DNA of 64,000 nt, taken from positions 4,030 through 68,029 of the forward strand of contig JAJYLZ010000010.1 in the NCBI GenBank assembly GCA_021787395.1, read 5' to 3'. The position numbers and the translations under genes are program-made. This document shows positions 57,820 through 64,000 of this stretch, one piece after another (within the stretch, counting starts at the first letter, position 1; each line of letters begins with the position of its first letter). Source of the DNA: Chloroflexota bacterium. Lineage in GTDB: Bacteria > Chloroflexota > Limnocylindria > Limnocylindrales > CSP1-4. A model generated the notes under the pieces. It searched no databases, was not told the origin of the DNA, and saw nothing but the letters and a program-made list of their open reading frames with translations.

Positions 57820-58683
57820 TCAGCGGCCGCCCGGGATGGGCCCGAGCGCCTCGGACAGCGCGATCCACTCCCCCACCGCCACCGTCTGCGGGCGACGGTC
57901 CGGGGCGATCCCCGCGGCGGCGAGGGCCGCGTCGATCCGGCCCGCCTCCAGCGGGAGCTGGCGCCGGAGCACGTTGTGGAGCATCTTGCGCCGCTCGCGG
58001 AAGCCCGCCTGGACCAGCCGCCACAGCTGGTCCTCCGCCTCCGCCCCGAGCCGGTCGTCGTGCCCGTACGGCTCCAGCACGAGCACCGCCGACTCGACCT
58101 TGGGCGCGGGCTCGAACGCCTCGCGCGGGACCCGGAACGCGACGCGGGCGCGGGCGTGGTACTGCACGAACACCGAGAGGTAGCTCATCTCGCCCGGAGC
58201 GGCGGCGATCCGCTCGGCCACCTCGCGCTGGACCATGAGCACCAGGCGCTCGGCCCGCGGCGGAGCGCCCAGGAGGCGGTGCAGGATCGGGCTGGTGATG
58301 TGGTACGGGAGGTTGGCCACCACGTCGTAGGGCGGCTCGACGAGTCGCACCAGGTCCTGGTCGAGCGCGTCGCCCTCCACCAGACGCAGCTGGCCCGCCT
58401 CGAGCTCGGCCGCGTACTCGCCCCGCAGGAACGCGGCCAGCCCGCTGTCGAGCTCCACCGCCGTGACCGCCGCTCCGCCCGCCAGCAGCCCGCCGGTGAG
58501 GAAGCCGAGGCCCGGGCCGATCTCCAGCACGCCGCGCCCCGGGCGGGGGTCCGCCTCGGCCAGGATCCGCTCGAGCACGTCCACGTCGGCGAGGAAGTTC
58601 TGCGACAGCGCGTGGCGCGCGTGCAGGCCGGCGTCCGAGAGGACGCGCCGCACGTGCCGCGGGTCGAGGCGCAGCCCGGTCAT
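57820..58683 (-). CDS. rsmA: 16S rRNA (adenine1518/1519-N6)-dimethyltransferase
   Basis: 287 aa. Motifs: LSQNFL, VLEIGPGLGFLT, ANLPYHITSPI. Confidence 0.92.
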   Translation of the reverse strand: MTGLRLDPRHVRRVLSDAGLHARHALSQNFLADVDVLERILAEADPRPGRGVLEIGPGLGFLTGGLLAGGAAVTAVELDSGLAAFLRGEYAAELEAGQLRLVEGDALDQDLVRLVEPPYDVVANLPYHITSPILHRLLGAPPRAERLVLMVQREVAERIAAAPGEMSYLSVFVQYHARARVAFRVPREAFEPAPKVESAVLVLEPYGHDDRLGAEAEDQLWRLVQAGFRERRKMLHNVLRRQLPLEAGRIDAALAAAGIAPDRRPQTVAVGEWIALSEALGPIPGGR

Positions 58684-58690
58684 CGCACGG

Positions 58691-59767
58691 CTACCGGGAC
58701 GTCGGCCGGGCCAGCGGCAGCGAGGGCCGGGCGTCGAGGTCGAGGCCGGCTCGCACGCCCGCGGCCAGGCGCCGCGCTCCCGCCGCCCCGATCATCGCGC
58801 CGTTGTCGGTGCACAGGCCGGGCCGCGGGATCACCATCGCGATCCCGCGCGCCGCCGCCTCGCCGCTGATGCGGGCGCGGAGCGCGCTGTTGGCGGCCAC
58901 CCCCCCGCCGAGCACGATGCCCCGCGCCCCGATCTCCTCGGCGGCGCGGATCGTCTTGGCGGCCAACACGTCCACCACGCTGTCCTGGAAGCCCCAGGCC
59001 AGCTCGGCGACCGTCGCCTCGGCCAGGGCCCCCTCCCGCTCGTCGGCCGGCAGGCCCTCGTCCTCCCGGGCCTGGGCCACGATGCGGCGGGCCGCGGTCT
59101 TGAGCCCGGAGAAGCTCACGTCGTAGGACTCGCCCAGCCACGCGCGCGGGAACACGCGGTCGTGCGCGGTGGCCCTGGCCGCCTCGCGCGAGATCGCCGG
59201 GCCGCCCGGGTAGCCCAGGCCCAGCAGGCGGCCCACCTTGTCGAACGCCTCCCCCGCCGCGTCGTCCACCGTCCCGCCGAGATACCGGTAGTCGAGGTGG
59301 TCGCGCATCTCCACAAGGAAGGTGTGGCCCCCGGAGACGACGAGCGCGACCAGCGGGAACGGCGGCGCCTCCCGCTCGTCCTCGCCCGGATCCAGGAGCC
59401 AGCCCGCGTACACGTGGCCCTCGAGGTGGTTCACCGGGACCAGCGGCTTGCGGTGCGCGAAGGCGAGGGTCTTGGCGAAGTTGATCCCCACCAGCAGCGA
59501 GCCCGCGAGGCCGGGCCCGTAGGTGACCGCCACGCCGTCCACGTCGCGCATGGAGACGCCGGCGGTCGCGAGCGCCTCGTCGAGCACGGGCACGATCCAG
59601 CGCAGGTGGGCGCGCGCGGCGACCTCGGGGACGATGCCGCCGGTGGGCGCGTGGAGCGCCACCTGCGAGGCGACCACGTTGGCGTGGATCCGCCGGCCGT
59701 CCTCCACCAGCGCGATGCCCGTCTCGTCGCAGGAGGACTCGACCGCGAGCAGCAGCGGGCCGCTCAC
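58691..59767 (-). CDS. tsaD: tRNA N6-adenosine threonylcarbamoyltransferase
   Basis: 358 aa. Motifs: LAVESSCDETG, GPGLAGSLLVG, VNHLEGH, LVVSGGHT, GGGVAAN, CTDNGAMI. Confidence 0.95.
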   Translation of the reverse strand: MSGPLLLAVESSCDETGIALVEDGRRIHANVVASQVALHAPTGGIVPEVAARAHLRWIVPVLDEALATAGVSMRDVDGVAVTYGPGLAGSLLVGINFAKTLAFAHRKPLVPVNHLEGHVYAGWLLDPGEDEREAPPFPLVALVVSGGHTFLVEMRDHLDYRYLGGTVDDAAGEAFDKVGRLLGLGYPGGPAISREAARATAHDRVFPRAWLGESYDVSFSGLKTAARRIVAQAREDEGLPADEREGALAEATVAELAWGFQDSVVDVLAAKTIRAAEEIGARGIVLGGGVAANSALRARISGEAAARGIAMVIPRPGLCTDNGAMIGAAGARRLAAGVRAGLDLDARPSLPLARPTSR

Positions 59768-60336
59768 CGGGGCGGCTCCCCGGACGCCGTCGGATCGGGG
59801 ATCGCGGACGGCGCGGGCGCGGCGTCCAGCTCGGCCCGGAGCCGGGCGATCCGCTCGCGCATCGCGGGCAGGTCCAGCGGCTCGGTCGTCATGATCAGCG
59901 CATCCTCGTTGTCGTCGCTGTAGTAGCGCGGCCGGATGCCCACCGGCCGGAAGCCGTACTTCTCGTACAGGCGCCGCGCGGGCAGGTTGGACAGCCGGAC
60001 CTCAAGCGTGGCCTCGCGGGCCATCCGGTCGCGGGCGAGGTCCAGCAGCGCGAGCAGCAGCCGCTCCCCGATCCGCCGGCGCCGGTACCCGGGGCGGACC
60101 GCGAAGGTGGTGATGTGCGCCTCGTCCACCATCAGCCAGATGCCCCCGTAGGCGACGACGGCGTCGCCCATCAGCGCGACCAGGTACACGGCCAGGCGGT
60201 TGGTCTCGAGCTCCTGGCGGTAGGCGTTGGCGGGCCACGGCGTGGTGAACGAGGCGCGCTCGATGTCCTGGACCGCGGCCAGGTCCGGCACCCGCATGGG
60301 CCGGATCAGCAGCGCGGGAGCCTGGGCAGTGCTCAC
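59764..60336 (-). CDS. rimI: Ribosomal-protein-alanine N-acetyltransferase
   Basis: 190 aa. GNAT motifs are VRPGYRRRRIGERLL and NLPARRLYEKYGF. It sits in the conserved position between tsaB and tsaD, with 4-nt overlaps on both sides. Confidence 0.88.
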   Translation of the reverse strand: MSTAQAPALLIRPMRVPDLAAVQDIERASFTTPWPANAYRQELETNRLAVYLVALMGDAVVAYGGIWLMVDEAHITTFAVRPGYRRRRIGERLLLALLDLARDRMAREATLEVRLSNLPARRLYEKYGFRPVGIRPRYYSDDNEDALIMTTEPLDLPAMRERIARLRAELDAAPAPSAIPDPTASGEPPR

Positions 60337-61034
60337 GGCTTGGCCCTCTCGGGGGTCGCCCCGCTGACCTCGACGCCCTCGTCGGGCTGCGGCATGCGCA
60401 CGCCGCGGGGCAGCGTCACGTACTCCGGGACGAGCCTCGCGAGGTCGTCGGCATCGCCCGCCGCCAGCCGCCGCGCCGCGGTCGCCAGCATCGCCGCCGC
60501 CAGCCCGTCCACCGCCAGGCCGCCCAGGGCCGCCGCGTCCTCGGGCGAGCGGCCCGCGAGGTCCACCGCCACCAGGCGCTCGCCCGGCGCAAGGTCGGGG
60601 TCCGTCCCGCCGGGCAGGATGCGGGCCGCCTCGCCGCGCCGGACGAGCACGCGGTCGTTGGGTCCGGCAGGCTGGACCAGGACGAGCGCCCCCGTGCCGG
60701 CTGCCGAGGCGGCGGCGTCGAGCAGCGCAGCTCCGGTGGCCACGCCCACGATCGGGACCGACAGGGCGTGGGCCAGGCCCTTCGCCGTGGCGATCCCGAC
60801 CCGGAGGCCTGTGAACGCGCCGGGCCCGGTGCCGACCGCCACTGCGCCCAGATCCGCGAGGGCCACGCCCTCGTCCGCAAGGAGGCGCTCGATGCGCTCG
60901 AGCAGCTCCTCGCCGTGGCGGTAGCCGGCCGTCCAGCCTCGCTCCGCCCGGAGCGAGCCGTCGGCCCCGCCCAGGGCGATCACCGCGCGCGTGGTCGCCG
61001 TGTCGATGAGCAGGATCGGCCCGCCCGTGGTCAC
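60333..61034 (-). CDS. tsaB: tRNA threonylcarbamoyladenosine biosynthesis protein TsaB
   Basis: 233 aa. Motifs: ILLIDTAT, VAVGTGPGAFTGLRVGIATAKGLA. Confidence 0.88.
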   Translation of the reverse strand: MTTGGPILLIDTATTRAVIALGGADGSLRAERGWTAGYRHGEELLERIERLLADEGVALADLGAVAVGTGPGAFTGLRVGIATAKGLAHALSVPIVGVATGAALLDAAASAAGTGALVLVQPAGPNDRVLVRRGEAARILPGGTDPDLAPGERLVAVDLAGRSPEDAAALGGLAVDGLAAAMLATAARRLAAGDADDLARLVPEYVTLPRGVRMPQPDEGVEVSGATPERAKP

Positions 61035-61507
61035 GACGCCGCCTCCAGGTAGCGCGCGTACTCGGCGGACCCGGCCCGCAGCGTGATGCGGCGGGCGTCG
61101 TCGCCGGTGCCGTCGATCAGGACGTCCAGCCGGCCGGCGGGCAGGGCGTCGCCCAGGCGCTCAGCCCACTCCACGAGCGCGACGCCCTCGAGCTGGCGCT
61201 CGTCGATCAGGCCCCCGGCCAGCGCGTCGGCGGCGTCGGCCAGCCGGTACAGGTCGAGGTGGAACATCGGCAGGCGGCCGGCGTACTCGCTCATCAGCAC
61301 GAAGGTGGGCGAGCTCACGACGTCGTCGATGCCGAGGCCCACGGCGAACCCCTTCGCGAACTGGGTCTTGCCCGCGCCGAGCTCCCCCACCAGGCACAGC
61401 AGGTCGCCCGGGCGGGCGGCAGTGGCCAGTCGGGCGGCGAGTTCACGGGTGGCCGCGGGGTCGCGCGTCACCAGGACGCGCTCGCGGAGGGCGAGGTCGG
61501 GCATCAA
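61031..61507 (-). CDS. tsaE: tRNA threonylcarbamoyladenosine biosynthesis ATPase TsaE
   Basis: 158 aa. Motifs: the GELGAGKT P-loop, SPTFVLMSEY, HLDLYRL. Confidence 0.9.
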   Translation of the reverse strand: MMPDLALRERVLVTRDPAATRELAARLATAARPGDLLCLVGELGAGKTQFAKGFAVGLGIDDVVSSPTFVLMSEYAGRLPMFHLDLYRLADAADALAGGLIDERQLEGVALVEWAERLGDALPAGRLDVLIDGTGDDARRITLRAGSAEYARYLEAAS

Positions 61508-61574
61508 GGCCGAGGGTAGCCGAAGCGGACCGAGGGTGCGGCGGGAGCGCCCCCGCCGCAGGGCGGCGGGACGG

Positions 61575-62603
61575 TCAGCCGATCCCCTCGAGGTCGCCCA
61601 GCGGCAGCTCGACCGGCGCCTCGCCGTCGAGCTCTACCAGGGCCGCCTCGAGGTGCACGCCGCCCGCGAACCGCCGCAGCCCGACCAGCTCCAGGACGCG
61701 GCCCTCGGCGCCGAGGTTCGGACCCGAGCGGACGCGGATCCAGTCGGGCGCCACGGTGGGCAGGTCGATCCCAGCGCCGTCGAACACCAGGGCGGGCGGG
61801 TCGACGAGCAGGGCCACCTCGCGGCCGGCCAGCCGCTCCAGCAGCGCCGCGAAGGGCGTCGCGATCGGCCGCCTGAGGGTCCCGTCGAGGGCGAGCACGC
61901 CGAACGGCTCGGGCATGTGCAGCGCCGCCCGCTGCCGGCGCTCCGACGCCTGGAAGTCGCGCAGGTCCTTGCCCGCGACCGACGCCGCCACGATCCCGCG
62001 AACGCCCATCGCACGGGCGCGCGTCAGCGCCTCGGCGTCGATCCGCGAGCCGACGACGAGGATGCTGCCGGTCCGGCCGACGTCGATCCCGCCCGGCCGC
62101 AGGTCGCCGAACGGGTCCGTTGCCAGCTCCAGCCGTCCGCGCGCCGAGGCGCCGGCGGCGAACGCGCCACGGATCGCCAGCCCCTCGACGCGGAGGCGGA
62201 TGAGCGCGCCCGGCCGCACCTCGACCACGATCCCGGGCACCGGCGCGGTGGTCTGCGCCCGGTGCTCGCCCGTGACCAGCCGCCAGCGCGAGCTCTTGCC
62301 GGGCAACGGGGCGAGCAGCTCGCCGTCGGCCGGGCGGTCGGGGCGGTGCCGTCGCCCGGGAGCCGGCGCCCAGCGACTGCCGGCGAGCGGTCGATCGCCC
62401 TCGCGGGCTCGGATGTCCACCTCGTCGAGGCGACGGTCCCGCAGGTGCTCGAGCAGGACGTCGCCAGGCGCCACCACGGCCCCGGGCTCGACCAGCGGCC
62501 GGTCGCCCGGCGGCAGCGCGATGCGCGTCTCGAGCTCCGCCTCGACCAGACGCCGCCGGGGCACCTCGTCCAGCCGGCCGGCCGCGCCGACGGCGGGGGT
62601 CAC
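61575..62603 (-). CDS. Hypothetical protein (342 aa), possible barrel-sandwich/lipoyl-like N-terminal element
   Basis: GTG 62603 overlaps the upstream stop (GTGA). Codon usage is coherent. No family was recognised beyond PGAVVAPGDVLLE and PVPGIVVEVRPG hybrid-barrel-like strands. Confidence 0.55.
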   Translation of the reverse strand: MTPAVGAAGRLDEVPRRRLVEAELETRIALPPGDRPLVEPGAVVAPGDVLLEHLRDRRLDEVDIRAREGDRPLAGSRWAPAPGRRHRPDRPADGELLAPLPGKSSRWRLVTGEHRAQTTAPVPGIVVEVRPGALIRLRVEGLAIRGAFAAGASARGRLELATDPFGDLRPGGIDVGRTGSILVVGSRIDAEALTRARAMGVRGIVAASVAGKDLRDFQASERRQRAALHMPEPFGVLALDGTLRRPIATPFAALLERLAGREVALLVDPPALVFDGAGIDLPTVAPDWIRVRSGPNLGAEGRVLELVGLRRFAGGVHLEAALVELDGEAPVELPLGDLEGIG

Positions 62604-64000
62604 TGGTCCAGCCCCGGCCACACGGCCGCCTGCCAGCTCGCCAGCAGCTCGCGCCGCGGCTCGAGCCGCTCGGGCAGGCGGAGCGGGACGTCCCGCAGGT
62701 CCACCATCAGCCCGCCCAGGCCCCCGGTCACCTCCAGGGCCAGGTGGCGCGCCCGGACACCCAGGTCCACGGCGTCGCGGAACCGCAGCTCCACCGTCGC
62801 CCGCTCCCCCGGCGGCACGTCGACGAGGTCGACGCCCCCCGGCACGAGCTCGGCGTCGATCGGCCCGCCCGCGCCGTGGACCGTGAGCACGCCGGCGGCC
62901 CTGGCAGCCCGCAGCCCGGCCGCCATCACGACCGAGCCGAGCGGGACCAGCAGGTCGTCGCGCAGGTCGGCCAGCAGCCGGATGCGCTGCTCCTCGTCCT
63001 CGATCGTGCCGATCGGCGCCAGCACCCGCGCGTGGTCCAGCCCGAGCGCCCGGGAGCCGGGGCGCCGCGCCACGTCGGCCACGGCGAGGGCGGCGGCGGT
63101 GGCGGGTCCGGCCAGCCACGCCCCGCCCGACGCCACCACGAGGTCCGCTCCGGGCAGCTCGGCGAACGCCGGCGTCATCTCCAGCAGCCTGCCCGCCGCC
63201 GCCCGCACGGCGGCCATGCGCAGGACGGCGCCGTCACCGGCGGCGTCGCCCCAGGGCGTGATCGCGAGCTCCCGCAGCCGGTCTCTGGTGCGGAGCCGGT
63301 CGAGCGCGATCGGCAGCCAGCCGATCACGTCGTCGAGGTCCCGGTCGGTGAACGGGCGGGGCAGCAGGGCGGCTCGCGCCACGGCAGCCGAGCGCACCGA
63401 GGCACCGGCGCCCGGCTGCCAGGAGGCGTGGACTCGCGTGCCGCCGTTCTGCCCGACCTCGAGCAGCTCGACCCGCCGGCGCAGGACCTGCGCCAGGGAG
63501 CCGACGGCCACCGTCAGGGCGCGGCGCCCGTCGGCCTCTCCCCCTCGCAGCGAGTCGAGCAGGGCACGCAGCGGCTCGCCCCGGTCCACCGACGGCGACG
63601 GAGCCAGGATCGTGGGCCCGGGGCGCTCACGGCGGAACAGGGCCTCGGCGCGACCCCCCGGTGCCGCGAGCCCGCCGGCGAGCACCGTGACGAGATCGGG
63701 CCGGCGCTCCGTGGTGGCGGCGACGAGCGTGCTCAGCTCGCCGACCAGGCTGCGCTCGTCGGCGCCGGGAGGATCCGCCGCGCCGGCGAGGATCGCCTCC
63801 ACGCGCCGGTCCGCCAGGGCGGTCGCCACCCCGAGGATCTCGGCGCCGTCGATGGTCAGCGTCCGGACGCGCCAGCCCGCCGTCTCGGCCACCGCCGCCA
63901 GCGGCTGGACCACGCGGTCCGTCGCCGCGACCACAGCCAGCTCTGGAGGGGGCGCGGTCTCGCAGGCGAGCCTCGGGAGGTCTGCCGCTGCACCGGGTCG
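62600..64000 (-). CDS. Hypothetical protein, 5'-partial at the window edge; weak resemblance to GlmL/MutL-type ASKHA-fold proteins
   Basis: The frame stays open from 63934 to position 64000, so the true start probably lies outside the window. The segment LVVASGGAW...GLDHARVLAPIGTIED recalls the GlmL family, from memory only. Confidence 0.55.
   Translation of the reverse strand, partial: RPGAAADLPRLACETAPPPELAVVAATDRVVQPLAAVAETAGWRVRTLTIDGAEILGVATALADRRVEAILAGAADPPGADERSLVGELSTLVAATTERRPDLVTVLAGGLAAPGGRAEALFRRERPGPTILAPSPSVDRGEPLRALLDSLRGGEADGRRALTVAVGSLAQVLRRRVELLEVGQNGGTRVHASWQPGAGASVRSAAVARAALLPRPFTDRDLDDVIGWLPIALDRLRTRDRLRELAITPWGDAAGDGAVLRMAAVRAAAGRLLEMTPAFAELPGADLVVASGGAWLAGPATAAALAVADVARRPGSRALGLDHARVLAPIGTIEDEEQRIRLLADLRDDLLVPLGSVVMAAGLRAARAAGVLTVHGAGGPIDAELVPGGVDLVDVPPGERATVELRFRDAVDLGVRARHLALEVTGGLGGLMVDLRDVPLRLPERLEPRRELLASWQAAVWPGLDQ

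Overview
This is a high-GC (roughly 70-73% by eye) bacterial chromosomal segment. Its organisation looks Actinomycetota-like: many GTG/TTG starts, frequent 4-nt ATGA/GTGA stop-start overlaps, a tsaE-tsaB-rimI-tsaD block and an F420/PPOX-type protein. I support about 55 protein genes. I found no rRNA, tRNA, CRISPR array, integrase or transposase. All protein calls come from reading the supplied translations against remembered family motifs; no searches were run. Gene content from left to right: (1) 54-4703: GntR regulator, then folD-fhs and an AEC permease. (2) 5295-19608: a large myo-inositol catabolic supercluster (iolE, iolD, iolG/idhA, a LacI regulator, a second IolE-like TIM barrel, iolA, iolB). 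It also carries a split transketolase, a transaldolase wedged between iolB and iolA, a DapA-family lyase and an SDR, and it has no iolC kinase or iolJ aldolase. (3) 19725-22342: two Na+/H+ antiporters. (4) 22400-25400: a small accessory-looking patch with a Cys-rich miniprotein, a lipoprotein, a GNAT and a methyltransferase. (5) 25492-38429: a GAF-kinase two-component system next to a PEP/pyruvate and redox node (ppc, ADH, ppdK, FNR, NfnAB-like pair). (6) 38709-43477: glyQS, then a second two-component system with a small secreted acidic peptide and a lipoprotein. (7) 43595-50566: glpK, a frameshifted PanE-like gene, plsY, an M19 dipeptidase, a PPOX protein, recO and a polyprenyl synthase. (8) 50793-64000: a long minus-strand housekeeping operon (two unknown proteins, tsaE, tsaB, rimI, tsaD, rsmA, ABC exporter, ispE, ridA, glmU, CNNM). 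The most interesting signal is the inositol cluster. Four LacI-type operators (TGnAAnCGnTTnCA-like) sit in its three divergent promoter regions and tie the transaldolase, split transketolase and DapA-like gene into one regulon with the iol genes. That suggests a kinase-independent (transaldolase- and/or transketolase-dependent) variant of the lower inositol pathway. Two arrays of a REP-like palindromic repeat (core GTTCCGCGATTCGCGAAC) occupy the two convergent 3' gaps of this cluster. Most very long ORFs in the supplied track are antisense or alternate-frame artefacts of the GC content.
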